Numbered from the stretch's first letter, positions 14,657 through 26,107 are shown. The stretch is DNA of 64,000 bases from a virus (IMGVR_UViG_2563366825_000011:1-64000); one strand, 5' to 3'. Notes: generated by a model not told the origin, from the sequence alone. Numbers and translations are program-made.

Positions 14657-15067
14657 ATGGATCAGGTAGTCATTTTTAAACAAATATTTGATAAAGTTCG
14701 AAACGATTTAAACTATCAATGGTTTTATTCTGAGCTAAAACGTCACAATGTCTCACATTACATTTACTATTTAGCCACAGAGAATGTTCATATTGTATTA
14801 AAAAATGATAATACAGTGTTATTAAAGGGCCTAAAAAACATTGTGTCTGTCAAATTTTCAAAGGATAGGCATCTTATAGAAACGACCTCTAATAAGCTGA
14901 AATCCAGAGAGATCACATTTCAGGAATACAGAAGAAACCTTGCTAAAGCAGGAGTTTTTCGGTGGGTTACAAATATCCACGAACAAAAAAGATATTACTA
15001 TACCTTTGATAATTCATTACTATTTACTGAAAGCATCCAGAAAACTACACAGATCTTACCACGCTAA
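14657..15067 (+). CDS. ydfO: DUF1398-family prophage protein YdfO
   Basis: [49 protein letters not shown]... matches YdfO as recalled. Confidence 0.8.
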
Positions 15068-15218
15068 ACCATAACGTCCGGCTTCTCTCACTCCTGAGCC
15101 GGACTGCATTGGTTTAATAAAAACCATCAACAATTGTGATTTAGATATTCGGAACCATTCAAATATAACAAAACCCCGTAAAAACGAGGTTTATGGATAA
15201 ATTTTATTATTGAATACA

Positions 15219-15392
15219 TCAGATTAAATTAATCTTGACATCATAGCTTTCAAGACCCGTCATTTTTTCCCGTGCGGTAAACTGAATACTGGTAACTTCT
15301 TTCCCGGTCTTTTTCTTAAGTTCAATAATTTTTTTTGTTATATATTCAGAAATATCTGCTTCTGCTTTTGTTTTTAAGTTTTCAATATTCAT
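15219..15392 (-). CDS. gnsB: GnsB, small protein suppressor (Gns family)
   Basis: Reverse translation MNIENLKTKAEADISEYITKKIIELKKKTGKEVTSIQFTAREKMTGLESYDVKINLI, 57 aa; not in the ORF track because it is under 60 aa. Confidence 0.8.
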   Translation of the reverse strand: MNIENLKTKAEADISEYITKKIIELKKKTGKEVTSIQFTAREKMTGLESYDVKINLI

Positions 15393-15563
15393 CATTTCCT
15401 CTTTTAGTCTGTTATGACTTTCCAGTTACACAGTAAGTCGATTATATGGTGCAAACGTGTAAAAGATAAGATGAAACATCGCAATAATCAACATACGATA
15501 GTCTAAATTTTACACAAACAGACAAAGAGAATTTTCCTGAATTATCAATGCAATAGCATCAAA

Positions 15564-15836
15564 TCAACTCAAGAGCCTTATTGCTGCTTCCAGAATTTCT
15601 TCTGAAGTAACATGTCGATCCGCGGCTACATAAATGACTTTATGATCTCCGGTCAGAGATGGAAACCCTGCGGCCATTACAGTAAGGTGTGTTTTTTCGC
15701 CATTTGGATATTCACGCATGATGGTGTTAACTCCAGTCATCGCTGGCACTACCACTGCTGGTTCAGAGTTAAAAAAAACTATGATTTTTTTCATGATGTT
15801 ACCGTAGTATGTGAGTATCCATCGAATAGACACCAA
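15564..15836 (-). CDS. Small hypothetical prophage protein (ynfN position)
   Basis: 90-aa ORF, probable internal start at MKKIIVFF; position between gnsB and cspI. Confidence 0.4.
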   Translation of the reverse strand: MVSIRWILTYYGNIMKKIIVFFNSEPAVVVPAMTGVNTIMREYPNGEKTHLTVMAAGFPSLTGDHKVIYVAADRHVTSEEILEAAIRLLS

Positions 15837-16065
15837 GCAAAAAAGCTCCCGAAGGAGCCTTCATTTTCACTTTTTTAAATCCAACGACAGACGGCTGGCA
15901 TTTAAGTATTGTGAAATATTATCAAATGTAATCATCATTGATTTACAAAAGATACATTTTGCCCCGAAAGGATTCATGTCAGAAACATCAAAAGATGATG
16001 TTCTATACTGGGAACCATGACAACACGGGCATCTAAAGTGAATATGATTTGTAATATTGTCTACC

Positions 16066-16278
16066 TCAAAGCGCCACTACATGAACAGCGGCAGGACCTT
16101 TAGGTCCGTTCTCAATACCAAATTCAACTTCCTGATTCTCAGTTAATGTTTTGAAATCGTTGCTCTGAATTGCTGAGAAATGGACAAACACATCTTTGCT
16201 GCCATCTTTCGGCGTGATGAAACCAAAACCTTTTTCAGGGTTAAACCATTTCACTAAACCAGTCATTTTGTTAGACAT
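16066..16278 (-). CDS. cspI: Cold shock protein CspI (CspA family)
   Basis: 70-aa [70 protein letters not shown] with RNP1/RNP2 motifs. Confidence 0.9.
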   Translation of the reverse strand: MSNKMTGLVKWFNPEKGFGFITPKDGSKDVFVHFSAIQSNDFKTLTENQEVEFGIENGPKGPAAVHVVAL

Positions 16279-16640
16279 AATTATTACCTTTTGAAGAAAT
16301 TAGCCCTTGGGCAGAATGGTCCGAAAAAAAATATCAGAGAGAAAAACCAACAAGGAAATCTCAAGAGGTACAAATAATAAAATTATAACAATGACTGCTT
16401 CAGATAAATTTGTAACAAACCAGAACACCATTAACGCATGATTAACCACCCATAGCAAGGATTACTTTTGTAAAGAAAAACACAGCAATGAAAGAATAGC
16501 TTTATTTATTAATAAAACGTGTCATTCTGATTAAGACCTTTTATCTTACCCTTAAGATTTCAGGAATTTTGGCTCATGGAAGAGTCCTTTTTATTTAAAT
16601 TTTACATTCCGCGATGTAAATGTTCCGATTTAATATTACC

Positions 16641-17664
<1,024 letters not shown>

Positions 17665-17668
<4 letters not shown>

Positions 17669-17976
17669 AGATATTTATGATGAGGACGCTCGTGCTTATT
17701 GGCAGGATTTTCAATCTTAAAGGAGTACTGATGCTGCAGATAAGACTCAACTTTTTCTGACAATTTTTCTGCTACTTCCAGGAAGACTTGCCGGACGCTC
17801 CTTCTGGCTGCTGCCTCATAAAACTCCAGCGCAGCTCCTTCAACACGGTCCATGGCGACATCCAGGTCAAAAATTTCACCGTCAAAGCGTTCTTTGTCCT
17901 GTAAGGCTACAGTTACCGTAACTTTATTCTCAAAATTACGGACTCCTTTCACAACCAGTTCATAGTCTTGAGTCAT
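17665..17976 (-). CDS. Hypothetical protein between holin and endolysin (ydfR-like position)
   Basis: 103-aa ORF, start overlaps holin stop region, stop overlaps lysozyme start. Confidence 0.5.
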
Positions 17977-17980
17977 TGGA

Positions 17981-18196
17981 TTACTCTCCTCTCGCAGCCT
18001 TACGCCTGTCTTCTTTAATCTTGAAATAAAGATTTGTCAGATACGTCAGCAGGCCAAAAACCAGGCTACCCAGCACACCGATTGCAGCCCACTGTGACGG
18101 AGTTACTTTATCGAGTAACTGCAATGCCCAGAAACCAGCATTACCCGCCGATGTGCCATAGGCAACACCTGTTGTTAACTTATCCATTGATTTCAT
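17981..18196 (-). CDS. Class II holin (S21-like pinholin) with dual-start motif MKSM
   Basis: [71 protein letters not shown]: two TM segments, charged C-terminus, Met1/Met4 dual start. Confidence 0.85.
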   Translation of the reverse strand: MKSMDKLTTGVAYGTSAGNAGFWALQLLDKVTPSQWAAIGVLGSLVFGLLTYLTNLYFKIKEDRRKAARGE

Positions 18197-18415
18197 ATCC
18201 TCACCCCGATGTACACGGATGGTGCAATATGTTTGAAAAGATCGGAGTCTACGGGGTAGTTTTGACAGCACACGTTGTTCTCAACGGCGCTAAAAAAACA
18301 TACACATTAAAAATGTGGGTAATTATTTTGAAAGAAAGTCATATATAAAATAATAATACGAGAAATGTTTTCATATTTAGTGTACTGTATACGGCCATTT
18401 ATACAGGAAAAGCCT

Positions 18416-18586
18416 ATGTCAGAACGTAAAAACTCAAAATCACGCCGTAATTATCTCGTTAAATGTTCCTGCCCAAACTGCACCCAAGAGTCAGAACACA
18501 GTTTTTCAAGAGTACAAAAAGGTGCCCTTTTGATCTGCCCTCATTGCAACAAAGTATTCCAGACAAATCTTAAAGCTGTAGCCTGA
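18416..18586 (+). CDS. Small zinc-ribbon protein (CxxC...CxxC)
   Basis: MSERKNSKSRRNYLVKCSCPNCTQESEHSFSRVQKGALLICPHCNKVFQTNLKAVA; AGGA-type RBS upstream; start chosen inside ORF 18365-18586. Confidence 0.4.
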   Translation: MSERKNSKSRRNYLVKCSCPNCTQESEHSFSRVQKGALLICPHCNKVFQTNLKAVA

Positions 18587-18645
18587 TTGATTTTATTAGT
18601 AACAAGTATTTTTTATATTTTAATAATATATTTAAAGCAGATAAT

Positions 18646-18672
18646 AAAAAACCCGCCTGAGCGGGTTTGAGA
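18646..18672 (-). terminator. Rho-independent terminator downstream of cspB
   Basis: Hairpin AACCCGC-TCAG-GCGGGTT followed on the minus strand by TTTTTTATTAT. Confidence 0.5.
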
Positions 18673-18949
18673 TTGTGGTGCTTTTTGTGGGAGTCATCCA
18701 CTTACGCACTTTGTTTTGCCATGCCAGCAGTTAGCTTCTGCTGTAAAACTATTCATGCAGCAAACCTGCACTTCACCACAATGGTTAGCATACTTTTCCT
18801 GATTAAGATTTTGCCAAATATGCTGGCCATTGTTTCATGTATTGGACCTCCTTACTTTTTATTAAAGAGATCCAATATTCACTACTCTGTCCGTATCTCT
18901 ACTCAGGCATCAGCCTTCTTCGTTATCGTATACAGACGAGCGATGAATT

Positions 18950-19165
18950 TTAATCAGTAATGATGACATTTGCTGCTGCAGGACCTTTAGCACCACTCTC
19001 TATAGAGAAGGTAACCTTTTGACCTTCAAATAAGGTTCGATAATTATCATTCTGAATCGCAGAAAAATGCACAAACACATCTTTACTACCATCAACAGGA
19101 GAAATAAAGCCGAAACCTTTATCAGCGTTAAACCATTTTACTAAACCAGTCATTTTATTTGACAT
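18950..19165 (-). CDS. cspB: Cold shock protein CspB
   Basis: 71-aa [71 protein letters not shown]. Confidence 0.9.
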   Translation of the reverse strand: MSNKMTGLVKWFNADKGFGFISPVDGSKDVFVHFSAIQNDNYRTLFEGQKVTFSIESGAKGPAAANVIITD

Positions 19166-19465
19166 TCTACATTCCTTAACTTGAGCCTTTCGGCATAAAT
19201 GGTTTGCATAACAGAAACGACTTCGTACTTAATTGGAGAGACTCAAAGAAGGAATAAGTGAATAACACCTGAAATGAGAACTGCTTTAGTAAACTACTTC
19301 GTATATCGTCTGTTCTTCAAACCGACGCAATCATTAACGCATAGTTGAACATATGAAGCAATGTTTATTTTAGACATCCAGCCATCTTCAACCCCATCAA
19401 AAAACTATAGCTTTCTTCAGGAACGTGTGTATAGTGCGCCAAGTTATCAGTATTAAGGAATTTTT

Positions 19466-19678
19466 TTGTCCCGTAAAATGACAGGAATTGTCAAAACCTT
19501 TGACGGCAAAAGCGGCAAGGGTCTTATCACCCCATCCGATGGTCGTATCGATGTCCAGCTTCATGTTTCAGCGCTCAATCTCCGCGATGCAGAAGAAATT
19601 ACCACCGGATTACGCGTGGAATTTTGCCGGATAAATGGTCTGCGTGGCCCTTCAGCTGCCAATGTTTACCTTTCATGA
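19466..19678 (+). CDS. cspF: Cold shock protein homolog CspF
   Basis: 70-aa [70 protein letters not shown]. Confidence 0.9.
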
Positions 19679-19969
19679 GCTATATTAAAGCTTTAATTTC
19701 AGGCCCCATCGGATCACACATGGAGAGTTTTTATGAATAACCCCGTCTGTCTTGATGACTGGTTGATTGGCTTTAAAAGCTTATGCTGTACTTTGGCCGT
19801 AATAGCTCTGCTAATAATATAATAAGCAGACTCATTGTGTTTAGGGACATTGTACTGGAAGAAAACATTTTAAACATCAGGCAAATAACCAAGTCACCAG
19901 CTAAATAATAAGTTAACAGACATGAGTCCCGGGATGAGATTCAACATTACCATTGCCCCATTTAAAGCA

Positions 19970-20005
19970 CAAAACCCGCTCATCAGCGGGTTTTCTACTT
20001 TTTCT
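19970..20005 (+). terminator. Rho-independent terminator (possibly bidirectional) between cspF and Q
   Basis: AAAACCCGCTCATCAGCGGGTTTT hairpin followed by CTACTTTTTC. Confidence 0.5.
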
Positions 20006-20099
20006 TAACGTCGGGTATACAAAGCCCATCGTTGAAAAAATTTTATCCATATTTTTTGAAAAATGCAAACATCATGTCGCCATCTTCAGCAAAAATCAT

Positions 20100-20852
20100 T
20101 TATCTCGTCACCTTCCTCAATTGCGCTTCCGCGTATGCTTCTTCCTGCCAGCACTTTGTTACCAGTTTACCAATGACGTCCGCATACCCCTTATACCACT
20201 GATAATCGGTCAGGTCTGGTACCAGCTTCTGGACATGACGTCGTGCCAGCGTGGTCGGTAAACGACTAAACCGGTTTCCATTACAACGCCCACAAATCTT
20301 ATATACCGGTACGCCATGAAACCGGGTTCTTTTTTCATCCAGAACAATCCCTTTACCCTTACACCCTCTGCACGCTGTGCTGGCTTCGCCCTTACCATGG
20401 CAATGCTGACATAGTTCCTTCACCCATTCTTCCTTGATTACAGATTCCCCGCGTCTGTAGTGTTTCACCACTTCGCGCAATACATTATAAAATCCCGTAC
20501 CTGAACAATGCTCACAGCGAGCCTTACTTGCCGCAGACCTGGAGTAATCAGCAAAGGCAAAACTCACGAGGTAAGGAATAATCTGTAACCGGATTTCTTC
20601 ACTCAATTTGTTCAATGTCGGGTTATCCAGTGCCATCGCGTAATTTAGCAGGCCTTCAATCGCAAACTGAGGGTCCTGAACACCAACTTTTGCCAGAAAT
20701 AAGGCCAACCCAAGTGGTGCTTTCGACTGCACCATCCCCTGCGCTGCCATTACATCCGTAATTGTTAAACAACCGGTGCCTGTCGCTGGAGCGTCATCGC
20801 TCAATTTTGGAGATTTTGGGGAGTAATATTTTGGTAAGGCTTCAAGGTTCAT
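20100..20852 (-). CDS. quuQ: Late gene antiterminator Q (phage 82-type QuuQ)
   Basis: Start placed at MNLEALPKYYSPKSPKL...; Cys-rich zinc-binding region CEHCSGTG...CQHCHGKGE...CRGCKGKG; immediately upstream of the lysis cassette. Confidence 0.85.
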   Translation of the reverse strand: MNLEALPKYYSPKSPKLSDDAPATGTGCLTITDVMAAQGMVQSKAPLGLALFLAKVGVQDPQFAIEGLLNYAMALDNPTLNKLSEEIRLQIIPYLVSFAFADYSRSAASKARCEHCSGTGFYNVLREVVKHYRRGESVIKEEWVKELCQHCHGKGEASTACRGCKGKGIVLDEKRTRFHGVPVYKICGRCNGNRFSRLPTTLARRHVQKLVPDLTDYQWYKGYADVIGKLVTKCWQEEAYAEAQLRKVTR

Positions 20853-20865
20853 GCTCGTTCTCCAC

Positions 20866-21915
20866 TTACGCCAGTACGCCAATTGCCAGCGCGCGATCGA
20901 TAAAACGAAATATCAGCTCCAGTTGGGAGCCATACTTCTCTTCAAATGCCACTGTATCCGTATGCAGCTCGTTGTGATGCTTTCTGCACAAAGGCAACAC
21001 AAAGAGATCATGTGCTTTTGTTCCCATTCCGCCCTGCCCGTGACCAATCAGATGATGCGGATCGTCGGCTGGCATACCGCAGCAAGCACACGGCTGTGTC
21101 TTAACCCAACGTGTGTATTTCCCCTTAACCCAGCGGCGACGTTTAGGCAGCTTCATGAAAGATTCCGGAGACTCTGGATCAACGGTGATGCTTACCACCG
21201 TCTTTTCCTGTGGTGATTTTTGTTGCTGGTGGGCGTAAGGCAACGGTGCAAGATTTTTTGTGCGTTGTTTCAATATGCTGGTGGCGGTCTGCTCTCCCGG
21301 TACGATGTCGCTTTCGCGGTACACCGGGCGGATTTTTTCCGCACGTAATCCCAGCGAACGACGCGATACAGCCTCAGGTAGTGCATCCACCACCTGATTG
21401 CAGACCGCCCACCAGGATAATTCAGCCAAAGATAATTCCCGCTCCTGCGTACCGCTTATTGCGTGACGGATGACGTCAATCACCCATGCTGTCAGATTTT
21501 GTTGAGCAAGCAGCTCCAGTGATTCCGATGTCTGGTCACGCAGTTGGTTGTCGCAGTGCCAGCACAACACCATTGCGCCGGTACCATAACGGTGAATGAC
21601 TGTTTCAGTGTGATGGTAATCGCCATTAGGCCACTGGCAGGATGTAACATGACGTAATAGCCAGTCGGACAATGCGCCAACGCCGCCAGCAGCACGAATC
21701 ACCCGTTCGTTACTAAAAAACGGCAGCAATGTTTTGTCTTCCGCCAGCGGCTGGCGAACGGCAGGAACGACTCCGGATGGCAGATTACGCATGCTTTTTG
21801 GTTCCGGTTCCACCAGCACTCGAGGATTATGAAATATCTGTATGGATTCACGGCCCGGCTTAAGGACCACCAGCCCAAGCTCAGGCACCAGAACAGGTCT
21901 AAGTAATACCCGCAC
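20866..21915 (-). CDS. ydfU: DUF968 protein YdfU with C-terminal HNH-like motif
   Basis: ORF 20866-21954 with probable GTG start giving ~349 aa; C-terminal CACCGMPADDPHHLIGHG...CRKHHNELH resembles an HNH nuclease motif. Confidence 0.75.
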   Translation of the reverse strand: MRVLLRPVLVPELGLVVLKPGRESIQIFHNPRVLVEPEPKSMRNLPSGVVPAVRQPLAEDKTLLPFFSNERVIRAAGGVGALSDWLLRHVTSCQWPNGDYHHTETVIHRYGTGAMVLCWHCDNQLRDQTSESLELLAQQNLTAWVIDVIRHAISGTQERELSLAELSWWAVCNQVVDALPEAVSRRSLGLRAEKIRPVYRESDIVPGEQTATSILKQRTKNLAPLPYAHQQQKSPQEKTVVSITVDPESPESFMKLPKRRRWVKGKYTRWVKTQPCACCGMPADDPHHLIGHGQGGMGTKAHDLFVLPLCRKHHNELHTDTVAFEEKYGSQLELIFRFIDRALAIGVLA

Positions 21916-21916
21916 G

Positions 21917-22195
21917 TTACCTCCAGATCCGTTGCTGGAAAGTGCGGGACGCACGTGGTGGGCGTTCGGAATAAGGCAGCCTGACAGAGATTATCCAGTG
22001 CCGATAGTCGAGACTGAGAGCTTTCTTAACCTCGAACCCGCGCCTGCGGTAAGAATGAATCAGCCATTCGGCCTGTTCTGCAGTGCATGGAGGGTGCTGG
22101 AACCATTCAGACTTGAATGCGTGAGAATACCGCCCGTGCGTGCAGGCAAGAACGGGCGAATTATCAGAATTGTAATATTTTGCGTTGCGTGCCAT
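21917..22195 (-). CDS. Small hypothetical prophage protein (rem region)
   Basis: 92-aa ORF with single start, between ydfU and hokD as in Qin. Confidence 0.45.
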   Translation of the reverse strand: MARNAKYYNSDNSPVLACTHGRYSHAFKSEWFQHPPCTAEQAEWLIHSYRRRGFEVKKALSLDYRHWIISVRLPYSERPPRASRTFQQRIWR

Positions 22196-22261
22196 CGGTT
22201 TTCTCCGGTGGCACGGTGTTACTCAGCGGGAGTTCAGCCCCGCGCAAGATTGTAGATGAGT

Positions 22262-22513
22262 TTATTCTCCTGAAAAAGCAGAAAAGCCAGCTTTTATTCC
22301 GATCTCTTTCAATGCCTGTAATGAAGTGACAAACTCACCTTCGCGCAAGATAAATCCGTCCGTGACCCGAGCATCCACAAAATTAATTAACGCAGCCCCA
22401 TTCTTTCGCAAACACATAATGCGGTAATGACTAACAAGATTTCCATTTTCAACGCACACAGCATAGAGGCCATCTTCACAAAAAATTTTACGCAGTTCTT
22501 CGATGTTCATCAT
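22262..22513 (-). CDS. Small hypothetical prophage protein
   Basis: 83-aa ORF MMNIEELRKIFCEDGLYAVCVENGNL... Confidence 0.4.
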   Translation of the reverse strand: MMNIEELRKIFCEDGLYAVCVENGNLVSHYRIMCLRKNGAALINFVDARVTDGFILREGEFVTSLQALKEIGIKAGFSAFSGE

Positions 22514-22635
22514 CAGAATCCTTCCGGATAATTAGCTCTCCCCTTTAAGGGACCATCCCTCTTATCCCTGCGCGCTACTTAAGTATTTTTGATTCTATTC
22601 CGGCACCGTCCAGAACTTCAAACGCGTTGAAAATA

Positions 22636-22665
22636 AAAACAAAAACCCGCCGAAGCGGGTTAAGT
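22636..22665 (-). terminator. Rho-independent terminator downstream of hokD
   Basis: AACCCGCTTCGGCGGGTT hairpin followed on the minus strand by a T-rich tract (TTTTGTTTTTATTTT). Confidence 0.45.
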
Positions 22666-22729
22666 GCGGGTGCGTTGAGGATGCCTGCCACATCAGAGGT
22701 GGCGAGGGATTTCTCCCCCGCCGGGTCTC

Positions 22730-22885
22730 TTACTCCTCAGGTTCGTAAGCTGTGAAGACAGCGACCTCCGTCTGGCCGGTTCGGATTCGTACCTCGCAGA
22801 GGTCTTTCCTCGTTACCAGTGCCGTCACTATGACGGTTAAACAGATGACGATCAGGGCGATTAACATCGCCTTTTGCTGCTTCAT
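22730..22885 (-). CDS. hokD: Hok-family type I toxin HokD (RelF)
   Basis: Reverse translation MKQQKAMLIALIVICLTVIVTALVTRKDLCEVRIRTGQTEVAVFTAYEPEE, 51 aa; under 60 aa so absent from the ORF track. Confidence 0.85.
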   Translation of the reverse strand: MKQQKAMLIALIVICLTVIVTALVTRKDLCEVRIRTGQTEVAVFTAYEPEE

Positions 22886-22956
22886 AGCCTGCTTCTCCTG
22901 TCAACGCAAAGCAGAAGTGTCACCTTCGGTGCGAAACAGAGATGTCATGCTTTGGT

Positions 22957-23244
22957 TCAGAGAATGCGTTTGACCGCCTCGCTATATACTTCCGAGCGTT
23001 CTCTTTTCCCAACAGAAATCACGAAAACGACAACTTTCTCGTCTATAACCTGGTATACAAGGCGATAGCCTGAAGACCGGAGCTTAATCTTGTAACAATC
23101 AGGCATACCACGGAGCTTGTTTGCTTCAATCCGGGGTGACTCAAGTACTTCAACCAGCTTCTTTTTCAACTGTTCACGTACCGTCGAGCCCAGCTTTCGC
23201 CATTCCTTTAGTGCCCGCTCGTCAAAATCCAGAAAATACGCCAT
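22957..23244 (-). CDS. relE: mRNA interferase toxin RelE
   Basis: 95-aa MAYFLDFDERALKEWRKLGSTVREQLKKKLVEVLESPRIEANKLRGMPDCYKIKLRSSGYRLVYQVIDEKVVVFVISVGKRERSEVYSEAVKRIL. Confidence 0.95.
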   Translation of the reverse strand: MAYFLDFDERALKEWRKLGSTVREQLKKKLVEVLESPRIEANKLRGMPDCYKIKLRSSGYRLVYQVIDEKVVVFVISVGKRERSEVYSEAVKRIL

Positions 23245-23483
23245 CAGAGTTCATCCAGCGTCACACGTACTGGCTTAGGATTACGAAGCCGTTCTTTCAC
23301 TATCTCCACAAGTTCAGCATCTTCATCACTCAGGAGTGTCTGTTTGAACGGCAAGCGTTCATTGTCAGCGATATACTCGAGCATGAGACGAAGCGCTTCA
23401 GAAGGAGTTACACCCATTTTTTCAAGCGCGGCGTAAGAACGCGCTTTAAGTTCATCGTCAATACGCAGGTTAATGCTACCCAT
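23244..23483 (-). CDS. relB: Antitoxin RelB
   Basis: 79-aa MGSINLRIDDELKARSYAALEKMGVTPSEALRLMLEYIADNERLPFKQTLLSDEDAELVEIVKERLRNPKPVRVTLDEL; stop overlaps relE start. Confidence 0.95.
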   Translation of the reverse strand: MGSINLRIDDELKARSYAALEKMGVTPSEALRLMLEYIADNERLPFKQTLLSDEDAELVEIVKERLRNPKPVRVTLDEL

Positions 23484-23507
23484 GTCTTACACCTCTTGTA
23501 ATTACAA

Positions 23508-23813
23508 ATGTCATTACAAGTATCGCACTACAACATGCTTAGGGCAAGTCACGAAGGAAGTCAGAAAGTAGTCGTAAGAACGGTGATCACTGTCCGCTTT
23601 GTGCCAGGAGCAGCCATTGCTAAGTCCATCCTGTATTGTGCAGGTCAGCTCGTTTTTAAAGAGTCCGGCCATCATCTTACTGGTACAGACACCATATACT
23701 TTGTGACGGTCAGGCTACATATGCACAACTCAACTTATTCATCTATTTTTTGCTTTAGCATGTCAGTGTTGCTTTCTCGTCGGCGGGTGAGCGGTGACCT
23801 GACCTGTCGATAA
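23508..23813 (+). CDS. Hypothetical protein (ydfV-like position)
   Basis: 101-aa ORF between relB and flxA; no recognisable domain. Confidence 0.35.
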   Translation: MSLQVSHYNMLRASHEGSQKVVVRTVITVRFVPGAAIAKSILYCAGQLVFKESGHHLTGTDTIYFVTVRLHMHNSTYSSIFCFSMSVLLSRRRVSGDLTCR

Positions 23814-24015
23814 AGGAACGTAACACGTTTTATGCAACACCCGCATGCGGCAGAAAATTATTGCCGAACGTTTACCCCTGTCAACAAGCTTTACTTTCTG
23901 AGGCGCGCCAGCCCGCGAGGAAAACAATCTGAACATCAAACAATTAATGACACAAGAAATACGATTAAAGATTTTTTTGTGCATGCCGATAGTGCTTTTT
24001 TAAAAGGAGAAATCT

Positions 24016-24348
24016 ATGTCTGTCACAATTCAGGGAAATACCTCAACCGTTATTTCAAACAACTCCGCCCCGGAAGGAACATCAGAAATAGCCAAAATCA
24101 CAAGACAAATTCAGGTGCTGACTGAAAAGCTTGGGAAAATCTCATCGGAAGAGGGGATGACGACACAGCAGAAAAAAGAAATGGCTGCATTGGTACAGAA
24201 GCAAATTGAAAGCCTCTGGGCTCAACTGGAGCAGTTGTTAAGGCAGCAGGCAGAGAAAAAGAATGAAGACGCGACAGTTCAGCCTGATAAAAAAGAAGAG
24301 AAAAAAGACGATACAAATACCGCTGGCACCATTGATATTTACGTCTAA
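24016..24348 (+). CDS. flxA: FlxA (FliA-regulated prophage protein)
   Basis: 110-aa MSVTIQGNTSTVISNNSAPEGTSEIAKITRQIQVLTEKLGKISSEEGMTTQQKKEMAALVQKQIESLWAQLEQLL... Confidence 0.85.
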   Translation: MSVTIQGNTSTVISNNSAPEGTSEIAKITRQIQVLTEKLGKISSEEGMTTQQKKEMAALVQKQIESLWAQLEQLLRQQAEKKNEDATVQPDKKEEKKDDTNTAGTIDIYV

Positions 24349-24408
24349 GTGACAGCCGTATTGTGGCCCTCATCGAGCCTGTTCAGGATTCTGTGTAAAT
24401 ACCTTTTC

Positions 24409-25617
24409 TCAGAAGTGGCCGTCCAGGCGGTCACCGAACTCGATAATAAAGCGGCTCATTGCCATACGCCAGTCCCGCAGTGGCATCGTCCATTTCTGTG
24501 AAGCCGCCTGGATTGCCAGCCACACCACTTTTTTCACCGAGTCGTCTGTCGGGAACACTTTACGCTTTTTGATCGCATGGCGGATCACGCTGTTTAGCGA
24601 CTCGATGGCATTCGTCGTATAGATCACTTTGCGGATGTCCGTTGGATAAGCGAAGAACGTGGCAAGATTCGGCCAGTTAGCCTGCCAGCTTCGGCTTATC
24701 TGAGGATAGCGACAGTCCCAGGCCGCAGCGAACGCTTCCAGTGCCTGCTGGCCTGCCTCTTCCGTGGGAGCCTGATAAATCGCTTTCAGGTCGCGAGTGA
24801 CGGCTTTGTAGTCCTTCCATGACACGAAGCGCAGGCTGTTGCGCACCATATGCACGATGCATAACTGGATGCGGGCCTTCGGATATACTGTGTTGATGGC
24901 ATCCGGGAAGCCTTTCAGGCCATCCACACAGGCGATGAGGATATCGTTCAGACCGCGGTTTTTCAGTTCAGTCAGCACATTGAGCCAGAACTTCGCCCCT
25001 TCATTTTCGGCCAGCCACATACCCAGCAGTTCTTTCTGACCTTCGATATTGATGCCCAGTGCCAGGAACACCGATTTGTTGATGACGCGACTGTCCTGCC
25101 GAACTTTCAGGACGATACAGTCAAGATAAACAATGGGGTAAACAGCATCCAGTGGTCGGTTTTGCCATTCTACAACCTGCTCCATCACGGCATCGGTAAC
25201 CTTTGATATCAGTGCCGGTGAAACATCTGCGTCATACAGTTCTTTGAACGCAGCAGCTATCTCACGGGTGGTCATCCCTTTGGCATACAACGAGAGGATC
25301 TGGTTATCCATCCCGGTAATACGGGTCTGATTTTTCTTTACCAGTTGTGGTTCGAAGGTACCGTCACGATCGCGCGGAGTACGCAGTTCCAGTGGACCGT
25401 CGCCTGTGATAACGGTCTTTGTGGAAAAACCGTTGCGGGAGTTAGCTCCTGGTCTGGACTGATTTTTCTCATACCCAAGATGGTGTGTCATCTCTGCATT
25501 GAGAGCGGCTTCAACGCTGAGCTTTTTCAGCAGCCGATCAAACTGACTGAGGTCTTCAGGGGTTTTGAGGTTTTTGGCCAGTTCGTTAGCCAGAGCCTGT
25601 AACTGTTTTTCGTCCAT
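24409..25617 (-). CDS. IS256-family (Mutator-like) transposase of IS1414
   Basis: 402-aa ORF MDEKQLQALANELAKNLKTPEDLSQF... with MULE transposase core; identical to the ORF at 52182-53390. Confidence 0.9.
   Translation of the reverse strand: MDEKQLQALANELAKNLKTPEDLSQFDRLLKKLSVEAALNAEMTHHLGYEKNQSRPGANSRNGFSTKTVITGDGPLELRTPRDRDGTFEPQLVKKNQTRITGMDNQILSLYAKGMTTREIAAAFKELYDADVSPALISKVTDAVMEQVVEWQNRPLDAVYPIVYLDCIVLKVRQDSRVINKSVFLALGINIEGQKELLGMWLAENEGAKFWLNVLTELKNRGLNDILIACVDGLKGFPDAINTVYPKARIQLCIVHMVRNSLRFVSWKDYKAVTRDLKAIYQAPTEEAGQQALEAFAAAWDCRYPQISRSWQANWPNLATFFAYPTDIRKVIYTTNAIESLNSVIRHAIKKRKVFPTDDSVKKVVWLAIQAASQKWTMPLRDWRMAMSRFIIEFGDRLDGHF
24786..24902 (-). CDS. astA: Enteroaggregative heat-stable enterotoxin 1 (EAST1), embedded in the IS1414 transposase gene in an alternate frame
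   Basis: Reverse translation MPSTQYIRRPASSYASCIWCATACASCHGRTTKPSLAT (38 aa, four Cys); matches EAST1 as recalled. Confidence 0.85.
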   Translation of the reverse strand: MPSTQYIRRPASSYASCIWCATACASCHGRTTKPSLAT

Positions 25618-26107
25618 AAATTAACCTTCATTTGATGCTGGATTGAACATATCAAAATCAGGCAATTACACAAATCTATGTACAGGCTCCCCTCATCGGG
25701 CCACTTTTCGCCATCAGCCTTTTCTTTAAAGACATATTATCTTTGTATCATTTCTGATAGTTAACATTACAAGATATAAGTAATGGACGCACTCCCAATT
25801 AGTCTATTTAAATCGCCACGAGTTTAACTGACAACCCATGATCAATTATGAATTGCAACTATTTCTGTAGTCACTTTTGTGGGGACAGTCCACAAAACTG
25901 CCAACTTCCGCTTCTTGCTCTTAGCGGACATTAGCATAGGCTATTTACCATAACGCCTCATTACGCGCACCGCCCAGACTGACTCAGCGCGTTTCTGGCA
26001 TATCCCCGGTAAAACAAGTAACAAACCACCCGAAAATGAACACCAGAAACGCGACTTAAGAATCTACCCTATGAATGGATATGCACTCAACCGAATCGAT
26101 CTTGGTT

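Larger units (their letters stand above)
24375..25689 (-). mobile_element. IS1414 (IS256 family), copy 1, 1315 bp, flanked by 8-bp target-site duplication CCCTCATC
   Basis: Imperfect terminal inverted repeats GAGCCTGT...; identical 8-bp direct repeats at 24367-24374 and 25690-25697; element matches copy 2 at 52110-53424 in inverse orientation. Confidence 0.85.

Noticed and set aside
22752-22973. 73-aa plus-strand ORF overlapping hokD on the opposite strand
   Set aside because: Antisense to hokD; any antisense function here would be a Sok-like RNA rather than a protein
25986-26055. Inverted repeat GCGCGTTTCTGG / CCAGAAACGCG near the 3' side of the rve transposase gene as an IS terminal repeat
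   Set aside because: Both arms lie on the same side of the transposase gene, so they cannot be the two IS termini; more likely a local stem-loop
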